A stretch of DNA of 64,000 nucleotides. Origin: Octopus bimaculoides (Eukaryota). Below the pieces are notes generated by a model that was given only the letters and a program-made list of their open reading frames with translations, was not told where the DNA came from and did not search any database. Positions 1 to 10,920 of the stretch are shown here, piece by piece. The position numbers and the translations under genes were made by a program. The stretch spans positions 2,619,078-2,683,077 of the forward strand of contig NC_068992.1 in assembly GCF_001194135.2 (NCBI RefSeq), written 5' to 3'. Numbering within the stretch: the stretch's first letter is position 1; each line of letters begins with the position of its first letter.

Positions 1-124
1 GCACCTTGTTTACCATTTTGTCCTTGTTCTTTTACCACGTCATGTAACCAGTTATGTATCTATATGTACATGTAGATGAACGTATATACATACATGTACA
101 TATATATGCATATATTCATATATT

Positions 125-164
<40 letters not shown>

Positions 165-862
165 AAAGAATTATATTTTGTTAAAATCTATTTCTCTTCA
201 ATTTATCTTCATAAAGTTTTAAGATCCAACATTAAATTTAAACAGATCAAACATATTTAAAAGAAGCTGTTATTCTCTTCTTTATTGTTTTAGAGAGAGT
301 TTGTGGAAGAATGTAAAGCTCATCAATCAAATTTCAAGATTTTTGTAACAATGTTCTGAGAAGAAAAGTAAAATAATGCCCAGAATTAAGAGCAAAGAGA
401 TTTCTTTGGGTGTGAGATTAAATCTTAGTTCTCATCTTCAGTTTTAGGCCTGGCTGAATCCATTCATTCAAACTTCTATGATTACAGCATTGGATAAGAT
501 GTTAGCAAGAGAAAAGGGGAAATTATTAATACTGAGAGATAATATCTATCCCTGCTTAAACATGGTTGTTCTATTAGAACAAACTATACTGCGGTAGATT
601 CCATGAGAGTAACTCTCATATTGGCTTTTGGCACAAAAATGCACTCATGTTTATAAAGCTAGTAGGGAGACAAATCTCTGCCAGCTCCAGTCCTGAAACC
701 ACCAGATCATGTGATTTTGATCTTCCTTGATCTTGTCAATTAATACCTCCCTCTGTCACAAGTATATATTTTTTAACAATCCCACTGGCTAATCACAACA
801 CCGGTGTCTGTTCTGGCACTGATTTTTCTATATATTTTCTATATATTCATTTTTCCATATAT

Positions 863-1240
863 CGAATGTTGGGCCTCACAAAGGCAATGACAAAAGGCCG
901 AGATGTCTGGAGGTATGCTGTGACTGAGAAGACTTGGCAAATAAAGTGAGTTCACAGCTGTAACATACACCAGCGTCGCATAACCAGCCACTCAAAAGTA
1001 CCTTAGATTGTCGGGTGACATGCCGTGCTTAAGGAGATCTATTGAGTCAAGTACAACATCAACATTAGTATCAAAATCAATTCAAATAAAATCAAATGGA
1101 AATTGTAGTTGTGACCCCCATGCCAGTGTTATGTAAAAAGAATATCCGAATGTGACCAATGCCAGTGACATGTAAAAAGCATGATCTGATCGTGGCCCAG
1201 CTCCCCTGGCCCCTGGACCTACACCTTAGCACCATCATGG
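863..1240 (+). mobile_element. RTE-clade LINE 3' end (ORF C-terminus plus 3' UTR), 5'-truncated
   Basis: Translates RMLGLTKAMTKGRDVWRYAVTEKTWQIK*, an RTE-like C-terminus. The UTR closely matches 28084-28520. Confidence 0.75.
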
Positions 1241-1353
1241 CATCTGATGTAGCTTTTTTCTTTCATATATTTTCATAAATGTACGTATATATACATACAT
1301 ACAGGGGTGAGTGCATGCGTACACTTTAATTTGGTATTTATAAGTTGATTGAT

Positions 1354-1398
<45 letters not shown>

Positions 1399-2102
1399 CA
1401 TCCATGTGTAGGAGAGTTATATAGACAGACAATAGCTAGAAATATAGGTAGACTATTAAAAAGAGAGAGAGAGAGAGAGATTGAAAGAAAAAAGAAAAAG
1501 AAACAAGCATGAAGCCTTCTGTTGCCTGCCACAGCACCAGTAATACTCAAAGAATGATAGTCTAAGACAGTTCTTCCACTGCCTAAAATGTTGCTGTTGC
1601 TGACTTTGTGAATGTAGAGAAGTTTTCAACGTTTCACAACCAATCCAAGTGATCGGCTTGCAATGGCTTTGGTGGTGAGAAGTTGATAACATTAACGTTT
1701 CTCACACAAATGTCGGGAAAAGAAAGAACTCTCTGAGTGAGTGGGAAGAGGGGAATACATTAGCATTGTTGGCTTTGTTTGTTTCTTATGTACAATATGA
1801 CTAAATGCTGGAATTGTTACTTTGAACAATGAATCAGAAAAAAGTAATGAAAACCGATAAACATTAGCTATTGAAAGAAAAAAAAGAAAAACATGAATTT
1901 TGACAAGTAATGACAGCTTCTGACATCAACAGACATTTGGGTGTTTTTTTATGTTCTTGATTGTCTATATTTTTTGAAGAATTATATATATTGCCCTTTG
2001 TGAGTATCAAGAAATACACTACGTACGTACATGTTTACAGATGCTTATCTTATCAAATTATATTGGTCTATTAATCTATGTGCTAATGTAACCTCATAGA
2101 TA

Positions 2103-2178
2103 GATAGCTAGATAGATAGACAGAATGACTGACAAACAGACAGACAGATAAACAGATAGATAGATAGATAGATAGATA

Positions 2179-2250
<72 letters not shown>
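2103..2250. repeat. compound (GATA)n/(GACA)n/(GA)n microsatellite
   Basis: Read directly from sequence. Confidence 0.95.
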
Positions 2251-2251
<1 letters not shown>

Positions 2252-2319
2252 TGCATGCAGCAAACCCATGATCAAAACCATTTCACGCATTAGCTCTCCA
2301 ACTCCTTACTCATATAAGA

Positions 2320-3027
2320 AGGGTATCAGATAGAAAAGTAGCTGGGGTTCTGTAGCATAATGTAAGTACAGAAATAACATATCCAGTCCTTCAGTTGGAA
2401 GTGTCCTTGTGTTATTTTGATTGAAAAAGTAGACTTTTAATTGTTGTACACATGTGAAATGATATGGCTTCAACTTTAGATTTTTCAACACCCATTGGCA
2501 TAACCAGCTTATGTGAAACTGATGTGCCAATTGCCATGTTATCTTCTTTAGATTTTGAGAAATGTTTCAGCGAATGTCCTAGTAGGGTTTCCTTGTTTTG
2601 GGGCATTGTGCACTGACCCTGTAGTGCACTTCTTCTTAACCAACATTTATATCCTTCTCCTTGCTAGAAAGCCTTTACTCAGAAACTTGACTTCAAAACT
2701 TTCATGTGTCTGCTTTACAGAATCCGTTCTCACATACACTTCCACAATCTCCCTTCTTCCCACTCTTGAGAATATCACCTTGCAGAAAAAGCTAGAGATG
2801 TTCGTTCAATGCAATGTTACCTTCAACTAATGCGACGAGGATGCAGTGGGAGTAATGTAGCAAACAGTCAACTGGTGCCCCATCCTTGATCAACAGTTAC
2901 AAGCAGTCAAAATGATACAATGACACTTGGAAATGAAAGGCTGGGTACTTTTCCATGAGCATCAATTCACCTATATATATTCACTCTATGTACCAGAACC
3001 TGAGCTTCTTTTTTGTGAGCCACCCTG
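2320..3027 (-). mobile_element. Tc1/mariner-superfamily transposon fossil (5' TIR plus N-terminal HTH region of transposase)
   Basis: Minus strand starts TA-CAGGGTGGCTCACAAA (TIR-like, 3029-3012). Broken ORF reads RREIVEVYVRTDSVKQTHESFEVKF..LVKK..TGSVHNAPKQGNP and LAHQFHIS..CQWVLKNLKLKPYHFTCVQQLK..GLDML, resembling DUF4817-type HTH transposases. Confidence 0.75.
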
Positions 3028-3669
3028 TATGTGAGGGAGCTTATCAAATGTGTCTTTAAGATGATAGGATATGATTTCAATATTTGACAGCTATTTCTAG
3101 CATGTTGAGTGATTACACAGTCTTTTACATTGGTTCATGCCCACAGGGTCCTGCTTCTGAGTGTAGGAAAATTCTTTTTAGCACATATTTTCTGTCCTTT
3201 ATTTTACATATGTATAATAATGAATGCAGCTATTAATTATATGACTTTTAAGCCTAAATCCACTCGTTAAATACAAGCCTTGATTAATAGCATTTAATGC
3301 TTATTATGACAATTAGTTGATTAAGTAATTATGGGAATTCTTACTCTGCATTCTGTCACATACACAGATTCATGTACATGCCTCATACAATGGCTGATAT
3401 GGAAGCAGAGCTGTTATTCACACAAAGATTCTGTGTGAGTGTGTGTATATATGTGTGTTTTGGATATGTGTGAGTATATGCATTCATTTCATGTATGCGT
3501 GTGCTCTTCTATGAGTATAGTTGTGTATGTGAATATGGATGTGTGTGTGTGTGTGTAATTGTATAAGAATACCAGTGTGTGAGGATTATATTTACTTCTT
3601 TGGTGGAGTTTTCACAATTTAGATTTTCTAAACACAAATGTACAAAAGCTGGCATATACTTATATACAA

Positions 3670-3917
3670 GCACAGGAGTGGCTGTGTGGTAAGTAGCTTG
3701 CTTACCAACCACATGGTTTCGGATTCAGTCCCACTGCATTGCATCTTTGGCAAGTGTCTTCTTCTATAGCCTTGGGCTGACCAAAGCCTTGTGAGTGGAT
3801 TTAGTAGATGGAAACTGAAAGAAGCACATCGTATGTGTGTGTGTGCCTGTTTGTCCCCACCAACATTGCTTGACAACCAATAATGGTGTGTTTATGTCCC
3901 CGTTTGTTCGACTAAAG
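3670..3917 (+). mobile_element. tRNA-derived SINE family B (5' part)
   Basis: Head GGAGTGGCTGTGTGGTAAG..GGATTCAGTCCC and body GACCAAAGCCTTGTGAGTGGATTT..GGAAACTGAAAGAAG. Homologous to 31259, 42650, 53643 and 59063. Confidence 0.85.
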
Positions 3918-3927
3918 ATGAAATACA

Positions 3928-4073
3928 GGTACTAATCATTTTTGCCAGGTGAGTGAACTGAAGCAATGTGGAATGAAGTGTCTTGCTCAAGGACACAACA
4001 CACCCCCAGTAATTGAACTCCTGACCTTACGATCATAAGCTAAATACCCATAATCACTAAGCCACACATCTTC
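3928..4073 (-). mobile_element. tRNA-derived SINE (family D-like, partial)
   Basis: Shares GAGTGAACTG..AAGTGTCTTGCTCAAG with 10056-10392 and 46575-46791. Confidence 0.65.
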
Positions 4074-4300
4074 ACTACAAAGGTTCAAGGATTAATGACA
4101 AAGTATAGAAACCTTGGTACAGTTCTGTATTTAAGAGATGAGGAATTATGCACATTATTTACATTATTTACATTTGATGGATATTTGTCCTCATCTTGTT
4201 TATTGTTAACAAAACATTTCGGCTGATATACCCTCTAGCCTTCATCAGGTGTCTTGGGGTAACTTCGAACCTGGGTTCTCATTCCTAAGGTATTTTTCAA

Positions 4301-4335
<35 letters not shown>

Positions 4336-4338
<3 letters not shown>

Positions 4339-4409
4339 TCACTGCCTGGAATCGAACTTGGAATCTTGGGGTTAGTAGCCCACACTCTTAACCACTACGC
4401 CATATGCCC
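4336..4409 (-). promoter_or_regulatory. tRNA-like Pol III internal promoter module inside the PLE 3' repeat
   Basis: Minus strand GGGCATATGGCGTAGTGGTTAAGAGTGTGGGCTACTAACCCCAAGATTCCAAGTTCGATTCCAGGCAGTGACC. A-box TGGCGTAGTGG, B-box GTTCGATTC, anticodon-like loop CT-ACT-AA. Confidence 0.75.
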
Positions 4410-4438
4410 ATGGGCAGTTATGGAGTGAATTTTAGGGC

Positions 4439-4579
4439 TTATAAATATGATATTTTCGTATCCTTTCTTAATACCAGTTTCCATATGCTGTTCATATCTG
4501 CACTTGGTCTGCTTAGGAGGTTGTTGTGTCCTAGCATATATTCTGCTTCTTTTAGCTTTCATATTTTCCAGTGGTGTTC
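4439..4579 (-). pseudogene. Penelope-like GIY-YIG endonuclease C-terminal fragment (47 codons, one internal TGA probably from CGA)
   Basis: Matches by eye the pattern E..W..RK.KEA..I......NR..G..L..IW..LL of PLE endonucleases. Confidence 0.65.
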
Positions 4580-4709
4580 AGGTTCGAAATTTCCCCAAGA
4601 CGCCTGATGAAGGCTGGAGGGTATATCAGCTGAAGCGTTGTGTTAACAACAAACAAGATGAGGACAAATATCCGTCAAATGTAAATAATGTAAATAATGT
4701 AAATAATGT
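4579..4709 (+). mobile_element. inverted partial PLE terminal repeat at the 5' truncation point (mutated hammerhead 4599-4644)
   Basis: Reverse complement of about 4145-4272. Core reads CTGATGA..CAGCT GAAG, a GAAA to GAAG mutation. Confidence 0.85.
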
Positions 4710-5768
4710 GTAGAAACCTTGTTGTCATATTTGTCAGAGTCAATTTTACCTTTGAGGTAAATGCCAGAAAAAAAACTGGAAAAATTATGCAAAAAAAAAA
4801 ATAAGAGATGAAAATAAGGAAAATTAACAGTAGCAGAAAAAAGAACACTAGACACCAGATTCCAGAGAAGCACCCACCAAAACTCTGAAGATGGCAAGTG
4901 TAATAGTTTTATGACCAGTATCAGAAATAGATGAGAAAACATCTCATCACTTAACAGCTCCAACCTATAGCACCACATTTTCATTGTGTGACAACAAATA
5001 AATAATAATTACAAATGGAAACTAAGAAGAAGTTAGTGAAAATATGAAAGAAAACATCAAACAAAAGCTGAACATAAAACGAAATAACTGAAAGAAGAGA
5101 AATTTTTGTAAATGACAATGAAATCTGCCCTCAGGAAATAAAGAAGGAAATGGAAACCAAGAAGATGAACCAAGAGTTTCTTTGAAAATCAAACAAAAAA
5201 GTTAATAGACAAATTTACACATCTGTGGTGCCACAGACTTTCTGAAGAAGTTAGAATGACATTAAAACAGTAAAGTTCAGAATGTACAACAAATAAGAAT
5301 AGTTTATTAGTAAAAGGAAAATAAAGACATTACACCAAACTTAAAAGAGATTACCCTCAAGTTGCTGATGATTTTTGGAGGGTGAGGCAGGGGGGTGTTG
5401 ACATCAAATGACTTTTAAAATGCTTGTTGGTGCATTCTGTTGCACTCAAACACAGTTTGAGAAATGATTAAGAGAATGGGGTTGTGAAGGTGGAGTATAT
5501 TGTAATCAGTAATGTTTCATGTTTTATTTTCTTCAATTATATTTTTGGGTTTTTTATTATTGTGTTTTTTTAATTTCTTTCTTTCCATGCATATATATGT
5601 AAATATGTATACATGTGTGTGTGTGAATATGTATGCACATATATATATATGTATATGTGTGCACATATATATGTGCATGTGTCTATTTAATATTCTCATT
5701 CCATCTTTCCATATACTGTAAGCCTCTCAACCACCCCTTTGTACTTTTCACACTACACAATTTCTCTT

Positions 5769-5969
5769 GTTCTGTATTTTTGAAATAAGGAATTCTGTAC
5801 ATTATTTACATTATTTATATTGGACAGAACGGATATTTGTCCTCATCTTGTTTGTTGTTAATACAACATTTCAGCTGATTTTCTCTCCGGTGTCTTCATC
5901 AGGTGGCCTGGTAGAATTTTGAACCTAACCCTGGGTTCTCGTTCTTAAGGTATTTTTTTGCTGATGTTG

Positions 5970-6013
<44 letters not shown>

Positions 6014-6073
6014 GAAGGCACTGCCTGGAATTAAACTCACAATCTTGGGGTTAGTAGTCCATGGTCTTAACCA
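5769..6073 (-). mobile_element. PLE terminal-repeat unit (tRNA-like module plus degenerate hammerhead), left arm of a foldback
   Basis: Homologous to 4120-4409. Confidence 0.8.
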
Positions 6074-6074
6074 A

Positions 6075-6358
6075 GAGCATATAGCATAATGGTTAAAAGT
6101 GCTGGCTACTAACCCCAAGATTGCGAGTTCAATTCCAGGCAGTGTCTTGAATAAATAATAATAATAATAACAATAATAGTAACATTAGCAAAAAAATATC
6201 TTAGGAATGAGAACCCAGTGTTGGGTTCAAAATTCTACCAGGACACCTGAAGGAGGCTAGAGGTTATATCAGCCAAAACCTTGTGTTAACAACAAACAAG
6301 ATGAGGACAAATATCCGTCAATTGTAAATAATGTAAATAAGGTACAATTTCTCATCTT
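6075..6358 (+). mobile_element. PLE terminal-repeat unit, right arm of a foldback (core mutated: CTGAAGG, AAAAC)
   Basis: Head GAGCATATAGCATAATGGTTAA..GAGTTCAATTCCAGGCAGTG, then (AAT)n, then tail CAAGATGAGGACAAATATCCGTCA. Confidence 0.85.
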
Positions 6359-6384
6359 TTTCGTTCCTTTATTGTGTGAATGGT

Positions 6385-8260
6385 CTCATATCTCATGCTT
6401 CAATTATTATTGGTACTATCTTTACTTTCATACCTCATATGTTGCTTATTCCAGTTTCAAGATCTTTAGATTTCCACAGTGAATCCTCATTCTTCAGGCA
6501 GTGTTTAAGTCAACCAGGGATTGATCCATCTTTCAGAGACACACATTTTTATTTCAATTCTTGATTATTATATCTGGACAGTTTGATTTGATTTTCTGGT
6601 CAATATTGACAGAATTGTCTCACTTGATTGTTTCCAAGTCACTGGATGTATTCTGATTGCTACATGCTTATACCATTTATCTTTTTATGCATTGAAGTGT
6701 TGGCATATTGCTCAATAAAAATAACTGCAAACCAAATCATGTCTGTGAATTTACTCGGATTTGGCAAGAATTTTTCCTATTGTTTTGTCCTGATGTATAA
6801 ATCTTTTTCTTCAGTGTGGTTACTTTCCAGTTCCTACTTCATTTCCAAATACTCCTTTATAATATAGATGCAAAGAAGAGTTCATTTATTTCTTTTTCAC
6901 AATTCTTTATTACACTTATTAGTCTATCTCTTGTTGCTTCTAAGTAATTTTCTACTCCAACTATTGTTATTTTGTAGTAGTTTTCTGTTTCTATTAGACC
7001 CTCTTTGTGTGTACCCTTTGAATATCATTATGGAGTAGTGGCTACACAACACTGCTAATATTTTCTTGGTGCTTTTGGCTATATTTTTCAATTCCCTTAA
7101 CTTACAGTTTATTATATGCTTGAAGTCTAGCACTGAGTTTTAATATTAGCTTAAAGTCATGTATTGATTTTTTAATATTAGCCTTATTCTTCTGTAACAT
7201 TTTTGGATTTGGTCTGCAAGATTCTTTATGTGAGTTCGTGTGTTGAAGCATATTTTGTTGTGTCTGGGAAGAGTCAATCTCTTTTAGTGCCTTATTGTTT
7301 AACACACTCATCGGTAAAGTTTCCACTCATTTACTTATTTATTTTTCTAAAATTTCCATTGCGTCTTGCATTAATCATTGAAAAGGTTGCAAGACGCAAC
7401 AAAAAGTAATGAGTGGAAACTTTACCGGTGAGTGTGTTAAATTATAAGGCACTTTTTTTTAATTATCTTATTTCTCTGTTCATATTTCATCAGTTCTATC
7501 TATTCCTAGAAGCTGCATGGATGATTCTGGTCTAATTCTCTGATTTTTCATTCTCTGTCAAATTTGATAATCTCAGTTTTAGTTAATTTGCTTCTTTTTG
7601 TATCATTTCTACATTTGTCTGATACTCATTTTCAGTTTGTTTCCCAACTGAGTATTAATCCCCGTAAATATCACTAAGCCATCCACAGAGATAATGTGGT
7701 TTATCGTTTGTCCTCAGAATCTATTATCATCTGTGGCTTCATTCCAAAACTTGTTAAAGTAGTCAGAATATAAGCAGCTGGGTACATGATGAACCCCATT
7801 GGAAAATGAAATTTCTCTCCTTATAGCAACAAGGCTGGCTTTAATTATTTTCTACTTGCTTCGTTGTGAGATGATTGTTTCCTATTTTGACATGACATGG
7901 CAGTTGCATTCTGCTGGTATTACAGCTGTTTTGTCTATATCAGTATCTCCAGAATCGGCAATTGTGCTTTACGCTAATAAATCTTTGCCACACAAACATT
8001 AGTTTTCCTCTTTTTGCTGTCTTCTTTAATATCTCACCTCACCAGTAATTGGTGCTTCATACAGCCTTGCATCTCTTTCCAGCATTATTTCTACTCTTTT
8101 CCCATTAAGTTATCAATCTTCAGCTAAGTAACCAATATCTTGTTGTATTGTAGATTAAAGATATTAGTGTCTGGGTCTAACTTAATATTCTTAGTATTAC
8201 TGAATTTGCTTCTTTTCCATGTTTGACACATTTGTCAAATCCTAATCTTATTATGGTGTT
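6385..8260 (-). mobile_element. heavily degraded R4/Dong-like (RLE) non-LTR retrotransposon, RT to endonuclease, probably composite
   Basis: Minus-strand remnants: QGCMKHQLLVR*DIKEDSKKRKTNVCVAKIY (RT), INHIISVDGLVIF (cf. INHLLFMDDLKLY), DKCRNDTKRSKLTKTEIIKFDRE, KIKSNCPDIIIK and KDLETGISNI*GMKVKIVPIII (RLE). A second thumb-region piece lies at about 8130-8260. Confidence 0.75.
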
Positions 8261-8290
8261 TTAGTTGATTGAATTTACAAACAATTTTTA

Positions 8291-8844
8291 GTATAGAACG
8301 AGTAGAAAGGTATATTTTTAACTCATAAATATTGAACAGTATATATATATATAGGATAAAATCCTGTAAGAGCAGAAAAATTTGTCAGCAACCAGCCACG
8401 AGGATCGAACTCACACCCCTCTAATAGCCGGTTAGAGTGCTCTACCTTTAAGCTAAAGTGCTGACCAACAAATTCTTCTGCAATGTCATATGTAAATAAA
8501 CATAAGTTTGTTTTTGAAGCATTGAAACATATTGCAGAACAAGTAGAAAGATATATTTTCAATGGTTGAATACTGAACAATATATATATATATATANNNN
8601 NNNNNNNNNNNNNNNNNNNNNNNNNNNNNTATATGTATATATATATATTTATATTTATATATAGGATAAAATCTAACCGGATATTAGAGGGGTGTGAGTT
8701 CGATCCTCATGGCTGGTTACCAACAAATTTTTCTGCTCTTAAAGGATTTCATCCTTTATATAAACTGTTCAGTATTTATGCGTTGAAAATATATTTTTCT
8801 ACTAGTTCTACAATACATTTCAATGCTTCAGAAACAAACTTATG
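8291..8844. mobile_element. second tRNA-module repeat family: tandem units on minus strand plus an inverted partial copy
   Basis: Minus-strand head 8466-8392 reads GGTCAGCACTTTAGCTTAAAGGTAGAGC..GAGTTCGATCCTCGTGGCTGG. 8672-8844 is the reverse complement of parts of 8291-8445 and 8495-8580. Confidence 0.7.
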
Positions 8845-8845
8845 A

Positions 8846-8946
8846 AGTTCTATGTTTAAGACATGAGGAATTATGTACATTATTTACATTTGACAGATAT
8901 TTGTCCTCATCTTGTTTGTTGTTAGCACAACATTTCGGCTGATATA
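8846..8946 (-). mobile_element. PLE terminal-repeat 3' fragment (half hammerhead)
   Basis: Minus strand TATATCAGCCGAAATGTTGTGCTAAC..GAGGACAAATATC..AATTCCTCAT. Confidence 0.85.
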
Positions 8947-9077
8947 AGTGGGGGAAAAGGAAAGAAAATTCACACCAACAATCATCATCGTTGTCGTCGT
9001 CGTCGTCGTCATCATCATCACCATTATTATTATTATTATTATTATTATTATGTTTGCTATTATTTTTGCTATTATTA

Positions 9078-9710
9078 ACATGGAAAGCTGGCAGAATCAT
9101 TAACATGACAGATAAAATATTTACTAGCATTTCATCCATCTTCACATCTTGGGTTCAAATTTCGCCAAGGTTGACTTTGCCTTTCATCCTTTCAGGCTTG
9201 ATAAGATAATTACCAGTGCAATGCTGGGGTCGATGTAATCAACTAGCGTTCCTTTTAGACCTTGTGCCTACAGGAGAAAAGCTTATTGTTATTATTATTT
9301 GAAGAATTAGCAAATGGGAGAAAGTACCAAACAAAATGCATTTCAGTATTTTGTATATGTTTTTGCATTCAAATTCCATTGAGGTAGACTTTACTTTCCA
9401 TCCCAATGGGGTTGATCAAATAACCGCACAACAAGAAGATCCAATTTAATCAACTGCACAGAAAATATGGCCTTCTGCCTATTATTATTATTATTATTAT
9501 TATCGTCATCATCATTATCATCTTCAAGATATGCAAGAATTAGAAGATCAGTAGATAAAATTCCTTGCTGTGTTTAGTTACATCTCTGAATTAAGTTACA
9601 CCTTTCCAAAGTCAAGCAAATAATGTACTAGCATATTACCAGAATCAATTTAATTGGTTTATTTTCCTCAATTACTTGTGGCCTCATGCCAGTGTTAGAA
9701 ATAATTATAT
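9078..9710 (+). mobile_element. three tandem SINE family C copies of decreasing conservation
   Basis: First copy GCTGGCAGAATC..GGGTTCAAATTTCGCCAAGGTTGACTTTGCCTTTCATCC. More decayed copies at about 9301-9480 and 9530-9710, separated by (ATT)n. Confidence 0.65.
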
Positions 9711-10055
9711 TATTTCTCCTGTTACCTCATTCTGTGTTCGTTACTGGCCTAACTTCTGCAGCAGTTTTTGCATTAATGTAAACTAATTACCCAGGCATTC
9801 AAAAACTCCAAGCTCTTCTTTAATTCTAGTTATGTTTCAAATACGAAGCAGAGATTATGGCTCTGTATGATGTCACATGAAGGGATTATATTGTAGTATG
9901 TGCTGCAGTGTGAACTGGTATGGTAGCATATAATGGGTGTTGCTGCCAGTCTGTTTTCCACTTCATAATGTTATGTATTTTTCCTGGTATAAGAAAAACA
10001 AGGATTTGAAGGTGATTTGACTGCTATATCTATAAGGTAAAGTGAGCAAGTAAGA

Positions 10056-10392
10056 GTAAACCTTTCGGTTATAAATGGCCGTAAGATTGCCCCTAGAAAG
10101 TTTGCCTCCAAGGCATAATTCTGGGAAAGGTTGTTTATGGAAGACCATCAGTCGCCTCTGCATAACAGCCTCCCCTCTCCACACCACCGATGTTATCCAA
10201 GGGAAAGGTAAAGGGGCCGATACAGCTTGGCACCAGTGACATTGCCACTCATTTCTACAGCTGAGTGAACTGGAGCAAACATGAAATAAAGTGTCTTGCT
10301 CAAGAACATAACACACAGCACGGTCCTGGAATTGAGCTCACTACCTCATGATTGTGAGCCCGATGCTCTAACCACTGAGCTATGTGCCTTCA
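10056..10392 (-). mobile_element. tRNA-derived SINE family D, near full length
   Basis: Head GAAGGCACATAGCTCAGTGGTTAGAGCATCGGGCTCACAATCATGAGGTAGTGAGCTCAATTCC. Colinear with 39008-39328. Confidence 0.85.
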
Positions 10393-10722
10393 TAAAGTGA
10401 GCAAGTAGAAGTTATTCTGTTTGCTTCTGTAAAAGTAAACTTCAGCTATAATCCCCAAAACTGGAGATGACAGAAAGCTTTGTCAGTGTTTACATTGTGT
10501 ATTGATTCTAAAAGTTACAAAAATTTCAACCCCTGTCCACTGAATGTAGAAGAAAGGCTATTTTGTGAAGACTAAATGTGATGACAAAGGAAACATCTGG
10601 ATATGACACACAGCAAAATATCTGGATGTCATTACACACCAGAAGCTTGAGCCAGGGAGAAAAGTTGTGTGCAGTAACTTGATCTGCAAGAAAAAAGTCA
10701 AATTATCTCAAATCATGCTTAT

Positions 10723-10920
10723 CAGTTCTATATTTAAGAGATGAGGAATTATGTACTTCATTTACATTAGATGGATATTTGTCCTTATCTTGTTTGTTGC
10801 TAACACAATGTTTCAGCTGATATACCCTCCAGCCTTCATCAGGTGTCTTGGGGAAATTTCGTACCTGTATTCTCTTTCCTAAGGTATTTTTTGATATAAT
10901 TATAATTATTATTATTATTA
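10723..10920 (-). mobile_element. PLE terminal-repeat unit without tRNA module (hammerhead 10802-10847, core intact, CpG-decayed stems)
   Basis: GACAC CTGATGA AGGCTG GAGGGTATAT CAGCT GAAAC ATT GTGTT. Confidence 0.88.

Larger units (their letters stand above)
4120..4579 (-). mobile_element. 5'-truncated Penelope-like retroelement: GIY-YIG C-terminus, tRNA-like module, (AAT)n and hammerhead-bearing terminal repeat
   Basis: 4579-4439 translates EHHWKI*KLKEAEYMLGHNNLLSRPSADMNSIWKLVLRKDTKISYL*, resembling the end of the PLE GIY-YIG domain. It is followed by the repeat unit seen about 13 times in the window. Confidence 0.75.

Noticed and set aside
4336-4409. Functional tRNA gene
   Set aside because: Acceptor stem pairs poorly, the sequence is embedded in a multi-copy mobile repeat and copies are diverged. 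Treated as a tRNA-derived module.
4447-4713. Recurrent peptide QVRNFPKTPDEGWRVYQLK..NKQDEDKYPSNV (also ORFs at 10703 and 33702)
   Set aside because: Incidental translation of the ribozyme-bearing repeat. Copies have indels and stops, and conservation fits RNA structure.
4720-5340. A-rich stretch resembling the N-terminal region of an R4/Dong ORF (KENIKQKL..)
   Set aside because: Similarity is too weak and composition-driven to call by eye.
7100-7700. Penelope RT, first impression from SVDG..FT and LQHTNS-like words
   Set aside because: Flanking motifs (INH..DD, DKC....KR.KL, PDII, KDLE..I..MWG) fit the R4/Dong RLE clade much better.
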